Below are positions 18,378 through 27,910 of a DNA stretch of 64,000 bases, piece after piece; positions within the stretch are counted from its first letter, which is position 1, and each line of letters opens with the position of its first letter. Position numbers and translations under genes: made by a program. Origin of the DNA: Candidatus Omnitrophota bacterium (GTDB lineage Bacteria > Omnitrophota > Gorgyraeia > Zapsychrales > Zapsychraceae); the NCBI GenBank assembly GCA_023247445.1, contig JAHFGL010000002.1:553-64552 (forward strand), written 5' to 3'. The notes beneath the pieces are model-generated. The model was not told the DNA's origin. It worked only from the letters and a program-made list of their open reading frames with translations, and did no database searches.

Positions 18378-20221
18378 ACCCCGCCATTGCCCAAGTTGTC
18401 GTCGGCCTTCCGGTTGAAGGCCCCTTCGATTATTCCATTCCGGAAAATTTAAAAGAACAGATAGCCGTTGGTCAGCGCGTCCGCGTATCTTTTGCTAGGC
18501 GGATTTCGATTGGATATATCGTTGGCTTTAAAGAGAAAAGTTCTTTTCCGAAACTAAATCCTATCTTGTCGCTACTTGATTCTGCGCCAACACTCGATCA
18601 AAGAGCCCTACAACTTACCAAACAATTAAGCGAATACTACAGCTGCAGTTGGGGAGAGGCCATCGAGGCTTATTTGCCGACGCCGCTTCGCAAAGTTAAA
18701 GAATTTAATTTTTCATTGCCTCTTAAAGCGAGTTCCCTATCTACGTCGTCAAAAGAAATTACACTTTTGCATGATGTTAGTTTAGATAAACGTTGGCCAT
18801 TTTTGATTGAGCAAATTAAAAAGCGGTTAACCAACAAAGAGAGTGTTCTTTTTCTTATCCCTGAGATATCGTTAGCGGGTGCGATTGAATCGAAACTTAA
18901 AACATCCATCGATGCGGCTATGATCATTTCAGAACGTCCAACGAACGATAAAAAAGATTTGGAACATTGGTGCAAAGTGCAAGATGGTAATGCGTATCTT
19001 TGTTTGGGAACACGATCAGCTGTTTTTACACCCCTTTCAAAACTTGGATTAATTATTATTTATGACGAGGAGAATGGCAGTTATAAACAAGAACAAATCC
19101 CGCATTACCATGTCCATCAAGTTGCGTTCATGCGACAAGAGTTAGAGGGATGTGAAATTATTTTTGTCAGCGCGGCCCCTTGTGCAGAAACATGGGGTGA
19201 AGCTAAGAAAGAAAAATGGACACGCGTTGACTTTAGTAATGATCAGCCAGCCGCTGTGCAGATGGTTGATATGACCAATTACAATCCGCAAAAAACATCG
19301 ATTCTTTCTTTCCCGTTACAAAATAGCATTCAAAAGATATTGGAAAATCGAGGACGGATAATTCTTTTTATGAATAGGCGAGGATTTTCGACCCTCACGC
19401 GGTGCAATCAATGTGGCTTTACCGTTAAGTGTCAACGTTGTGATGTTAACTTAACGTATCTTTATTCAAAGAAGATGATGGTTTGCCGGCATTGTAATTT
19501 TACACAAGAACTCCCAAAGCTTTGTCCATCTTGTCACGGATCATATTTGCGTTCGATGGGAACAGGGATGGAAAAATTAGAAAGTGAATTGGCGCGGCTT
19601 TATCCGTATGCGAAGGTCAGCCTTTATGATCAAGATACAACACAGTTTCCACAGATGTCGAATATTATTATTGCCACGCAGGCTATATTAAGAGAAAAAG
19701 AAAATATCCGCGCAGATTTGGTTGCGATGATGAATTTTGATGCTGAGCTCAATCGTCTAGATTTTCGATCAGCACAAAAGGCGTTTTCCTTGTTGGTTCA
19801 TTTGCGACTACTCGCCAAAGAAAAATTTGTCATCCAGACTCGGATGATTGATAGTTATTGTTTTCCAGCGATTTCAAAGTTTGATTTCAACCTTTTTTAC
19901 AATAAAGAGTTAGTCTTTAGAAAAGAATTGCAATTGCCGCCGTATAAACATTTGGTGGCGATAAATTTGCGCGGGGCGAAAGAAGATGTTGTCTTTGAGC
20001 AAAGTAAGATTTTATATCAGAGTTTAACAGCCCAAACACCGTCGGCCATTGAGGTTTCTGATCTTCATCCTGACATTTTGCCAAAGCTGCGGGATAAGTA
20101 TCGATATTCTATAATGTTGAAAGGTAAATCGGTTAAAGGTATATTAGCTTTTGCCAAGAAAGTATTGAAAGATTTTAAACGAAGAGGCAAAGTCATATTA
20201 ACCATTAATGTGGATCCGTAA
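18374..20221 (+). CDS. priA: Primosomal protein N' with degenerate helicase motifs
   Basis: N-terminal FDY 3'-binding domain, GTRSAVF, DEE..SYKQ, NRRGFS and four CxxC pairs. Walker A is absent. Confidence 0.9.
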   Translation: MNPAIAQVVVGLPVEGPFDYSIPENLKEQIAVGQRVRVSFARRISIGYIVGFKEKSSFPKLNPILSLLDSAPTLDQRALQLTKQLSEYYSCSWGEAIEAYLPTPLRKVKEFNFSLPLKASSLSTSSKEITLLHDVSLDKRWPFLIEQIKKRLTNKESVLFLIPEISLAGAIESKLKTSIDAAMIISERPTNDKKDLEHWCKVQDGNAYLCLGTRSAVFTPLSKLGLIIIYDEENGSYKQEQIPHYHVHQVAFMRQELEGCEIIFVSAAPCAETWGEAKKEKWTRVDFSNDQPAAVQMVDMTNYNPQKTSILSFPLQNSIQKILENRGRIILFMNRRGFSTLTRCNQCGFTVKCQRCDVNLTYLYSKKMMVCRHCNFTQELPKLCPSCHGSYLRSMGTGMEKLESELARLYPYAKVSLYDQDTTQFPQMSNIIIATQAILREKENIRADLVAMMNFDAELNRLDFRSAQKAFSLLVHLRLLAKEKFVIQTRMIDSYCFPAISKFDFNLFYNKELVFRKELQLPPYKHLVAINLRGAKEDVVFEQSKILYQSLTAQTPSAIEVSDLHPDILPKLRDKYRYSIMLKGKSVKGILAFAKKVLKDFKRRGKVILTINVDP

Positions 20222-20223
20222 AA

Positions 20224-21189
20224 ATGATGATTCTCGCTCAAAGGTTTTTGTTTCTTATAATGTTTCTGGTGTGTCCAATCGTTGCATTGGCCCAGACAGA
20301 AGTTGAGGTCGTTTTTTCTTCGGGGGCGGTTGAGGTTGATCCTAGTGGCCATGACGGATTTCAGATGGCCAAGGAAGGGATGCTGCTTTCAACAGGCGCT
20401 GTGATTCGAACATCTGCTGGCAGTTACGCGCAACTGAGTTTTGATGAGGATGATCAAAATATTGTGCGTGTTGAAGAAAATACAACCGCTGTTGTTATCA
20501 TTAAAGATAATGAAAAAATTGAGTTACTAAAGGGCGAAGTCTTTGCGATTATTCACAAATTGCCTTCGGGCACGTCTTTTGAAATAAAAACGCCCACGGC
20601 TGTGGCAGGGGCACGGGGAACAGAATGGGTCACACGTTTTAATAACGATATGACAGAAGTAGAGGCTTATGATGACAATCCTTTTGTTAAAACCATTGAT
20701 GAAAAAGGGCAAGTAAGCCAAGAAGAAACACCGGTCAAAACTGGTTATGCGACATCCGTTAAACGTTTTGAGCGGCCCAAAGAATTTAAACAAATTCCAG
20801 TTCATCGACAACAAAGGTGGCAGGCGCTACGCCAAGAAGTTAGACACCGTACAGAAGCTGAAAGAAAACGTAGAGGTCATCCAGAACGCAAGCAACAAAA
20901 TCTTCCTCATCGCGCAAACGCCAGTGGATTGCCAAATCAAAATATTGAGAAAGCTCGTAAGCAAGGCGATAATACATTGAATGGCGCAAAGCGCATACAA
21001 TTTTTAAATAAACAAAACGAGCAAATAAAAAAAGAAATTAAGAACAACTCTCCACAATCGTCAATGAAACAGGAATATGAACGTAAAATGAAATTAATGG
21101 AAGAGAGAAAGAAAACAGTTCCTTCAATGACATCGAGTAGTAATGAGAATTTACGAAAAAATAATTTAAAACCCCGACCCATAAAATGA
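20224..21189 (+). CDS. FecR-domain exported protein with basic C-terminal tail
   Basis: Signal peptide, IRT..GSYA.L.F, FEIKTPTAVAGARGT. Confidence 0.85.
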   Translation: MMILAQRFLFLIMFLVCPIVALAQTEVEVVFSSGAVEVDPSGHDGFQMAKEGMLLSTGAVIRTSAGSYAQLSFDEDDQNIVRVEENTTAVVIIKDNEKIELLKGEVFAIIHKLPSGTSFEIKTPTAVAGARGTEWVTRFNNDMTEVEAYDDNPFVKTIDEKGQVSQEETPVKTGYATSVKRFERPKEFKQIPVHRQQRWQALRQEVRHRTEAERKRRGHPERKQQNLPHRANASGLPNQNIEKARKQGDNTLNGAKRIQFLNKQNEQIKKEIKNNSPQSSMKQEYERKMKLMEERKKTVPSMTSSSNENLRKNNLKPRPIK

Positions 21190-21195
21190 GGTTGT

Positions 21196-22200
21196 ATGTC
21201 GACGGCCTGTTACGCTGCTTATAAAGCCAAAGATTTGTTAAAACCATTTTCTTATGAGCCTAAGATCTTGGGGCCGTGGGATGTGGATATTAAAATCACC
21301 CATTGCGGAGTTTGTCATAGCGATATTCATTTGATTGATGGTGATTGGCGTAAGGATATTTATCCGCTAGTGCCGGGGCATGAAATTATTGGGATTGTGA
21401 CCGCGCGAGGAAAGAACGTTACGCAATTAAAAAAGGGTGATCGCGTTGGCGTCGGTTGGCAGTCTGCTTCTTGTTTAAAATGTGAGTGGTGTAAAAAGGG
21501 CGAAGAGAATCTTTGCAATAATTATCAAGCCACCTGTGTTGGAAAACATGGCGGATTTTCCCAGCGCATTATTACCGACAGCCGTTTTGCATTTGCCATT
21601 CCACAGGCGCTTGACTCAGAACATGCGGCCCCGCTTATGTGCGCGGGTATTACTGTTTATTCACCGCTGCGACGGTTTGTTAGTCCGGCGATGAAAGTTG
21701 GTGTGATTGGCATAGGCGGGTTAGGTCACTTGGCGCTGCAATTTGCGCACGCGATGGGGGCTTCTGTCACCGCTTTTTCTACCTCAGCGGTAAAAATAAA
21801 AGAAGCTAAAGAGTTAGGAGCCGATCATTTTGTTTTGATCAACGATAAAAAACAAATGAAAGAGGCGGCAAGTTCTTTAGATTTTATTCTTTCTACCGTT
21901 AATGTTCATTTAGATTGGGCGGCATTCTTAAAAATTTTACGCCCCAATGGAAAACTTTGTTTGGTGGGGGCTTTACCCGGTGACATAAAGTTTCCTTTTG
22001 ATGCTATTTTGGGTGATCAAAAAACTGTTGTGGGGAGTGTTATTGGCAGTCGTAAGATGATTAAAGAAATGCTTTCCTTCGCTGCGAAACACAAGATTAA
22101 AGCAAAAACACAAAGTGTGCCTTTGGCGGACGTTAATGTCGCCATTAAAAAAGTCAAAGCTAATGAAGTCCGATATCGTATGGTTTTAACGTGTAACTAA
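21196..22200 (+). CDS. Zn-dependent alcohol dehydrogenase/aldehyde reductase (CAD/Ahr-like)
   Basis: CGVCHSD, PGHE, CxxCxxC...C, APLMCAGITVYSP, GIGGLGH. Confidence 0.95.
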   Translation: MSTACYAAYKAKDLLKPFSYEPKILGPWDVDIKITHCGVCHSDIHLIDGDWRKDIYPLVPGHEIIGIVTARGKNVTQLKKGDRVGVGWQSASCLKCEWCKKGEENLCNNYQATCVGKHGGFSQRIITDSRFAFAIPQALDSEHAAPLMCAGITVYSPLRRFVSPAMKVGVIGIGGLGHLALQFAHAMGASVTAFSTSAVKIKEAKELGADHFVLINDKKQMKEAASSLDFILSTVNVHLDWAAFLKILRPNGKLCLVGALPGDIKFPFDAILGDQKTVVGSVIGSRKMIKEMLSFAAKHKIKAKTQSVPLADVNVAIKKVKANEVRYRMVLTCN

Positions 22201-22239
22201 AAAAGTATCATTGAGCCAAAATTATAGGAGAAGAATTAT

Positions 22240-23277
22240 ATGAGTATCAGTCCAATCATTCAGACCTTATTCCCAGTTATTGTTTTTGTTTTAGTCTTTT
22301 TGATGGGGATGATTGTTCGCGCCCTTTTGTTTCGCAGTTTCTCCCATTGGGCGAAGAATACTAAAACCGAAATAGATGATATTGTTATTTCTTCTGTTAG
22401 TGGACCATCAATTATTTGGTGTTTAATGTTGGCCATTTATTTGGCCCTTGCCATCTCATCTCTTCCTACCAATTTAGTTGAGATTCTAGGGAAAGTATTA
22501 TTAGTCTTAGGAATTTTTTCTGTAACGTTAGTTTTGGCGAATATGACTTCCCGTCTAGCAAAAAAATATGCTGCGCAAATAGATTCAGCGTTACCGGTAA
22601 CATCATTGACGGAAAATATTTCTAGGATCATCATTTTTGGGGTAGGCATTCTTATTGTTTTAAACAGTTTAGGGATTTCAATCACCCCCATTTTAGCCAC
22701 CTTAGGTGTTGGTGGATTGGCGGTGGCGTTGGCGCTTCAAGATACTTTATCTAATTTGTTTGCAGGTTTTCATGTTCTAGCTAGCGGCCAAGTTCGTATT
22801 GGTGATTATATTAAACTGGAATCCGGAGAAGAAGGATATGTTACCGATATTAATTGGCGAACAACAAAAGTTCGCACGCTTCCTAACAGTGTTATTCTTG
22901 TTCCCAACGCAAAACTTGCCCAGGCAATCATTGTTAATTATTATCTGCCAGATCGCGAGATGGCCGTTTTAGTTGAGGTGGGTGTTGCTTGTGAAAGTGA
23001 TTTGAAGAAAGTGGAAAAGATCACATCGCTGGTTGCTAAAGAAGTCATGAAAGAGGCCGCCGGAGGAGTTCCTGGGTTCGATCCATTTATTCGATATCAT
23101 ACACTTGCTGATTCGAGTATTAATTTTACGGTTGTTTTAAGATGTAAAGAGTTTACTGATCAGTATTTGATTAAACATGAATTTATTAAAAAATTGGTCG
23201 AACGTTATGCCCAGGAAGGCATCATGATGCCTTATCCGACACGGACAGTTTATTTAAAACAGGAGAAAGGGGCATGA
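22240..23277 (+). CDS. mscS: Small-conductance mechanosensitive channel
   Basis: LGVGGLAVALALQDTLSNLFAG, IGDYI, VPNAKL. Confidence 0.95.
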   Translation: MSISPIIQTLFPVIVFVLVFLMGMIVRALLFRSFSHWAKNTKTEIDDIVISSVSGPSIIWCLMLAIYLALAISSLPTNLVEILGKVLLVLGIFSVTLVLANMTSRLAKKYAAQIDSALPVTSLTENISRIIIFGVGILIVLNSLGISITPILATLGVGGLAVALALQDTLSNLFAGFHVLASGQVRIGDYIKLESGEEGYVTDINWRTTKVRTLPNSVILVPNAKLAQAIIVNYYLPDREMAVLVEVGVACESDLKKVEKITSLVAKEVMKEAAGGVPGFDPFIRYHTLADSSINFTVVLRCKEFTDQYLIKHEFIKKLVERYAQEGIMMPYPTRTVYLKQEKGA

Positions 23278-24029
23278 AAATTATTTCGTGGAATGTAAAT
23301 GGAATTCGCGCGGCGCTCAAAAAAGGATTTGTCGATTTTGTTAAGAAATATGATCCCGATATTTTGTGTCTGCAAGAAACCAAAGCGCCAGCCGATGGAA
23401 AGGTAGATATCGATTTAAAAGGATATGAGCTGTATTGGAACAATGCCAAGCGTCCGGGCTATTCAGGAACAGCTATTTTTACAAAAATTAAACCGATAGC
23501 GGTTGTTAATGGCATCGACATCGAGAAACATGATCAAGAAGGCCGAGTCATGACCGCGGAGTTTAAGGATTTTTATCTGGTGAATGTTTATGTTCCTAAT
23601 TCCAAACGAGAGTTGGAACGTTTACCATATCGTGAAAAAGAATGGGATGTGGATTTTTTAAAATATTTAAGAAATTTAGAGAAGAAAAAACCGGTTGTAT
23701 TTTGCGGCGATATGAACGTGGCGCATAAGGAGATTGATTTAACGTATCCCAAAGCCAATGTTAATAATCACGGATTCACCCCGCAAGAGCGTATGGGGTT
23801 TGATAACATTGTTAAGGCTGGGTTTATTGATACCTTTCGCGAATTTGAAACCGCCGGCGGGCATTATACGTGGTGGAGCCCGATGGGTGGATGTCGAGCG
23901 AAGAACATCGGTTGGCGTATTGATTATTTTTGTGTTTCATCATCGTTAAAAGTAAAACTTAAAACGAGTTGTATTTATCCTGATGTCATGGGCTCCGATC
24001 ATTGCCCAATTGAACTTGTTTTAAAATAG
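23274..24029 (+). CDS. xth: Exodeoxyribonuclease III / AP endonuclease
   Basis: SWNVNGIRA, LQETK, GDMNVAH, GWRIDYF, SDHCP. Confidence 0.95.
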   Translation: MKIISWNVNGIRAALKKGFVDFVKKYDPDILCLQETKAPADGKVDIDLKGYELYWNNAKRPGYSGTAIFTKIKPIAVVNGIDIEKHDQEGRVMTAEFKDFYLVNVYVPNSKRELERLPYREKEWDVDFLKYLRNLEKKKPVVFCGDMNVAHKEIDLTYPKANVNNHGFTPQERMGFDNIVKAGFIDTFREFETAGGHYTWWSPMGGCRAKNIGWRIDYFCVSSSLKVKLKTSCIYPDVMGSDHCPIELVLK

Positions 24030-24044
24030 TGCCAGAAATTTATA

Positions 24045-24177
24045 AAAAATATTGAATTGTTTCTGAAGGGACGTTGGTCCAACGAGCCGCATGGATTCAG
24101 GCGAGGAAGGACCACCGAGCGAAGCTTGCCTCGCCGGGGCAAGCGAGCGATCCCGGAAGAAATAATTCAATATTTTT
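24045..24177. repeat. GC-rich nested palindromic element with 20-bp AT-rich terminal inverted repeats (REP/MITE-like)
   Basis: AAAAATATTGAATTGTTTCT ... AGAAATAATTCAATATTTTT, with internal hairpins including CTTGCCTCGCCGGGGCAAG. Confidence 0.65.
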
Positions 24178-24207
24178 ACAGAATCAAGATTAATAAGGAA
24201 AACGATT

Positions 24208-24618
24208 ATGAAAAAAACAGAAACAGCAGGCGGGATTGTTCTTAATTCTAAAGGATTGGTTTTAGTTGTCAGTCAGCACGGAACGTCTTGGTCATTACCC
24301 AAGGGCCATATTGATCAAGGAGAAGATCAGCTAACCGCAGCTCGAAGAGAAATTTTGGAAGAGTCAGGAATTAGCAGCTTAAAGCTTATTAAAGAGTTGG
24401 GAGTTTACGAACGATATCGAATTGGATTAAATGGCGGTGATGATCGTTCAGAGCTTAAAAAAATTTATATGTTTTTGTTTAAGACAGAGCAAGAAGACCT
24501 AAAACCGACTGATCCTCATAATCCTGAGGCGCGATGGGTTGATAAAAAGAAAGTTGCTGAGTTACTTACGCATAAGAAGGATAAGGAATTTTATCTGCAG
24601 GCGATGGCAAGCTTCTAA
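24208..24618 (+). CDS. NUDIX hydrolase
   Basis: WSLPKGHIDQGEDQLTAARREILEESG Nudix box. Confidence 0.9.
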   Translation: MKKTETAGGIVLNSKGLVLVVSQHGTSWSLPKGHIDQGEDQLTAARREILEESGISSLKLIKELGVYERYRIGLNGGDDRSELKKIYMFLFKTEQEDLKPTDPHNPEARWVDKKKVAELLTHKKDKEFYLQAMASF

Positions 24619-24630
24619 TGTAGAAAAGTT

Positions 24631-25122
24631 TTAAACCATTTCTTTGGGCCGCCAAAGATGGATGAGTTTTCCGCAAGGCTTCATTTGTAGTTCCCGCCAG
24701 TGATTAGTGGAAAGTTCCACGTAGGCGAGTGCCCCAGTTGACAAGGATTCGAATTTATCCGTTAATAAGCTAAGAAATTCTTCGTGCGCAGGATTGTGGC
24801 CAACAATCATGACTGTTTGGGATTCATCGGGAAGATCTTGTAGAGCTTCAAAATATTTTTTCATGTTAGATTCATAAAGCTCATCAGTGTAGATAAATTT
24901 TCCCGAGAATCCAATTACCTTGGCCATCAGTTCCGCCGTTTGGCGGGTACGCAGTGCCGTTGAGCTAAGAATTAGATCCGGTTTAAGGCCTTCTTTCGTG
25001 AGCATCTTGGCAACGCTCGGAATTTGCACCTGACCGATTTCATTAAGCGGTCGCTCGTGGTCTTTTAAATTCGGATCGCCTTTACTAGCCTTGGCGTGAC
25101 GTAAAATAAGTAAAGTTTTCAT
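24631..25122 (-). CDS. SixA-like histidine phosphatase
   Basis: LLILRHAK, R.LN..G, SSTALRTRQT, VGHNP. Likely start is MKTLL at 25122. Confidence 0.9.
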   Translation of the reverse strand: MKTLLILRHAKASKGDPNLKDHERPLNEIGQVQIPSVAKMLTKEGLKPDLILSSTALRTRQTAELMAKVIGFSGKFIYTDELYESNMKKYFEALQDLPDESQTVMIVGHNPAHEEFLSLLTDKFESLSTGALAYVELSTNHWRELQMKPCGKLIHLWRPKEMV

Positions 25123-25256
25123 TGGGTTCATTGTAATAAGATTTCTATAATCTTCCAACATAAAATATCAATCAAATATTCTCTAAAATCTTTAAAAAAA
25201 TAAACATCAATTTTTTCTTATGATATACTTTAAATGAAATTATAGGGAGGAGAAGT

Positions 25257-25457
25257 ATGATAAAGATTAAAGAAAAGTATGTGAAAGATTCTAAAGGGCA
25301 TCCGATCAGTGTTGTTCTTGATATTAAACAATATCGAAAACTTTTAAAACAAGCTGAAGAATTAGAAGCGATTCGTGCGTATGACGTGGCTAAAGCTTCC
25401 GGGGATGAAGTGATCCCTTTTGATCAAGCGATTAAAGAAATCCAACGAGAACGTTGA
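25257..25457 (+). CDS. Antitoxin (RelB-type partner)
   Basis: 66 aa, YVKD.KG.P.SVVL...Y..L, overlaps a RelE-like toxin gene. Confidence 0.8.
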   Translation: MIKIKEKYVKDSKGHPISVVLDIKQYRKLLKQAEELEAIRAYDVAKASGDEVIPFDQAIKEIQRER

Positions 25458-25708
25458 TGAGCTACAGTGTCTCGATTCTCCGTGGGGCTCAAAAAGAACT
25501 AGCCAAGCTTCCTCAAAATATTTTTGAAAGAATTTGTGTTGAAATTCGACACCTTGCCCAAAATCCTCGACCAATAGGTTGTAAGAAATTAATTGCCAGA
25601 GAAGGTTGGCGGATTCGTATTGGAACATACCGCGTCATTTATGAGATTCATGATAAAAATAAAACAGTCCTTATTTTGCATATAGGTCACAGGCGTGATG
25701 TTTATTAA
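25457..25708 (+). CDS. relE: RelE/StbE-family toxin
   Basis: AQKELAKL, NPRP.GCKKL, WRIRIGTYRVIYEI, IGHRRDVY. Confidence 0.9.
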   Translation: MSYSVSILRGAQKELAKLPQNIFERICVEIRHLAQNPRPIGCKKLIAREGWRIRIGTYRVIYEIHDKNKTVLILHIGHRRDVY

Positions 25709-25714
25709 AATACT

Positions 25715-26647
25715 ATGAAAATTATATTTTTTGGTAGTGATGATTTCGCGAAAGCACATTTGGAATACCTTTTTAAGTCGGAACATGAGATTGTCGCTTG
25801 CGTGACTCAGCCAGATAAACCCAAGGGGCGAGGGCTTGCCGTTGTTAGTTCCCCAATTAAGGAATGGGCTGCCCAGCATAAAATTCCTGTCCTGCAGCCG
25901 GAGCAAATTAAAAATAACGACTTAATCGTAAAACTCAGAGCCTTTAATCCAGATTTGTTTGTGGTCATTGCCTACGGAAAAATTTTGCCACCGGAGCTTT
26001 TGCAAATTCCTTATGTCTGCGCGATGAATGTGCATGGATCGCTTTTGCCAAAACTGCGCGGGGCTGCGCCGATTAACTGGGCCATTATTAATGGAGAAAA
26101 AGAAACTGGGCTTTCGATTATTAAGATGAGTCCATTGATGGACAGCGGAGATATTTTTGCTCAAACGAAAATCAAGATTGAAGAGGTCGATACCGCGGTG
26201 ACGTTACGCGCTAAGATGGTCGCGCTTGGACCAGAACTTCTTTTAAAGACAATTAATTCTCTGGAAAATAATAATTACACGCTCACTGTTCAAGATTCTA
26301 GGGCGGTGACACTCGCTTCAAAATTAACGAAGGAACTAGGCCGCATCGACTGGAACAAAAAAGCTATCGAGATTCATAATCTGGTGCGCGGACTTCTTCC
26401 TTGGCCGTGCGCCCACACGTTATTTAAGGGAAAGTTATTGAAAATCATTTCGACTGAAGTTATTATGCAAGATGTTTCTACGCGTAAGCCCGGCGTGATT
26501 GTCGATATTAATCAAAAGGGTTTACTCGTCGCCACAGCGCAAAATTGTCTTTTAATTAAAGAAGTTCATTTGGAATCTTCCAAACCAATGGGTGCTAAAA
26601 TTTTTTTGTTGGGGCATCGGATTGACGTTGGTTTTAAATTTGAATGA
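25715..26647 (+). CDS. fmt: Methionyl-tRNA formyltransferase
   Basis: VTQPDKPKGRG, AYGKILP, NVHGSLLP.LRGAAPI, MDSGD. Confidence 0.97.
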   Translation: MKIIFFGSDDFAKAHLEYLFKSEHEIVACVTQPDKPKGRGLAVVSSPIKEWAAQHKIPVLQPEQIKNNDLIVKLRAFNPDLFVVIAYGKILPPELLQIPYVCAMNVHGSLLPKLRGAAPINWAIINGEKETGLSIIKMSPLMDSGDIFAQTKIKIEEVDTAVTLRAKMVALGPELLLKTINSLENNNYTLTVQDSRAVTLASKLTKELGRIDWNKKAIEIHNLVRGLLPWPCAHTLFKGKLLKIISTEVIMQDVSTRKPGVIVDINQKGLLVATAQNCLLIKEVHLESSKPMGAKIFLLGHRIDVGFKFE

Positions 26648-26651
26648 TTAA

Positions 26652-26748
26652 TTGTTGATTGGGTTTCTTGAGTTGATAGGGTTATTGTGTTGTCACAACG
26701 AAATAATTTTATCAGCTCATTCAACTCAATAGACTCAAAGAACTCAAA
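26652..26748. repeat. Inverted degenerate 9-mer tandem-repeat element (empty)
   Basis: TTGGGTTTC TTGAGTTGA... versus ...TCAACTCAA TAGACTCAA AGAACTCAA, ending at the galT start. Confidence 0.7.
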
Positions 26749-27765
26749 ATGCCAGAATTACGTAAAGATCCGGTTGTTGGACGTTGGGTGATTATTGCAA
26801 CCGAACGTGCCCGTCGGCCAGGAAATTTTGTCGACACGACCTACATTCGTCCTCAGGGCGGCGCAAAAGATTGTCAGTTTTGCCATCCATCCGAAAAAAT
26901 TATTTACTCAGCCAAGAAATCTGCGAGTTCATCTAACTGGGATGTTTGCGTCACAGATTTTAAAGAATCCTTTTTAAACATGAATGAGCCAATTGCGCAC
27001 AAACGCCATGGTCTTTATGAAGTCGTTAATGGAGTTGGAACACATGAGGTTGTGATCGAGACCAGCACCCACGTTGCAAACATGGCTGATTTAGGTTTGG
27101 AACAGATCCGTCTTATCTTTGAAACCTATGCTGGGCGGATTACGGAGTTAGAAAAAAATCCGCAGCTGCAATATGTTCTTCCCTATAAAAATTATAGTCA
27201 AATGGCGGGTAGTCGCATGATCGGCCACACACGTTCGCATATTATTGCGACCCCGGTTAATCCTGTTCGCGTTAATGAAAAGTTGACGGGCGCCAAAGAA
27301 TATTTTGATACCAAAAAGCGCTGCATTTATTGTGATCTCATCAAACAAGATTTGGAGGAAAAGTCCCGCATTGTCGTTGAAACCGAACATTTCTTAGCGG
27401 TAATTCCTTTTGCCGCTCGATTTCTCTTTGAAACATGGATTTTACCGAAGAAACATCACTGCGATTATGCCAGTGGTGTTAAAGGTGTTGAAGGCGATTT
27501 GGCGCTTATGATGAAAACGTTATTGACCAAATTTAAAGTTGGACTTGATGATCCCGCGTATAACTATGTCATTCACACCGCACCGTTTCGTCGAATGCAG
27601 TTAAATACGAATCGTTGGGCAACGATCGAACAGGATTTTCATTGGCATATGGAGCTCATGCCACAGTTGACCTTAATGGCCGGATTTGAAAAGGGAACTG
27701 GGTTTTATATTTGTGCCGTGCCGCCGGAGCAGATGGCGGAATATTTGAGAGAAATAATAATTTAA
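26749..27765 (+). CDS. Galactose-1-phosphate uridylyltransferase paralog with degenerate active site
   Basis: MPELRKDP..GRWVIIA.ERARRP and WHMEL.P..AGFE.GTG. HxHxQ is replaced by HTRSH. Confidence 0.85.
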   Translation: MPELRKDPVVGRWVIIATERARRPGNFVDTTYIRPQGGAKDCQFCHPSEKIIYSAKKSASSSNWDVCVTDFKESFLNMNEPIAHKRHGLYEVVNGVGTHEVVIETSTHVANMADLGLEQIRLIFETYAGRITELEKNPQLQYVLPYKNYSQMAGSRMIGHTRSHIIATPVNPVRVNEKLTGAKEYFDTKKRCIYCDLIKQDLEEKSRIVVETEHFLAVIPFAARFLFETWILPKKHHCDYASGVKGVEGDLALMMKTLLTKFKVGLDDPAYNYVIHTAPFRRMQLNTNRWATIEQDFHWHMELMPQLTLMAGFEKGTGFYICAVPPEQMAEYLREIII

Positions 27766-27888
27766 ATACCAATAAACAAATTCCAAATACCAAACAATAT
27801 ACAAACTTCAATTAACAAATTACAAAAATTTTTTTATGTTTGGAAATTGTGATTTGTTTGTAATTTGGTGCTTAGAATTTGGGATTTT
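27764..27888. repeat. Inverted degenerate 7-mer tandem-repeat element (empty)
   Basis: AAATACC AATAAAC AAATTCC AAATACC... followed by ...TAATTTG GTGCTTA GAATTTG GGATTT. Confidence 0.85.
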
Positions 27889-27910
27889 ATTTTAGAAAAG
27901 GAAATTATAA

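Noticed and set aside
24095-24125. SRP (4.5S) RNA suggested by TCAGG..GGAAGGA
   Set aside because: The stem around GGAA does not pair and the AGCAG motif is absent.
24057-24245. 62-aa Arg-rich ORF
   Set aside because: It is a translation of the GC-rich palindromic element and overlaps the NUDIX start in another frame.
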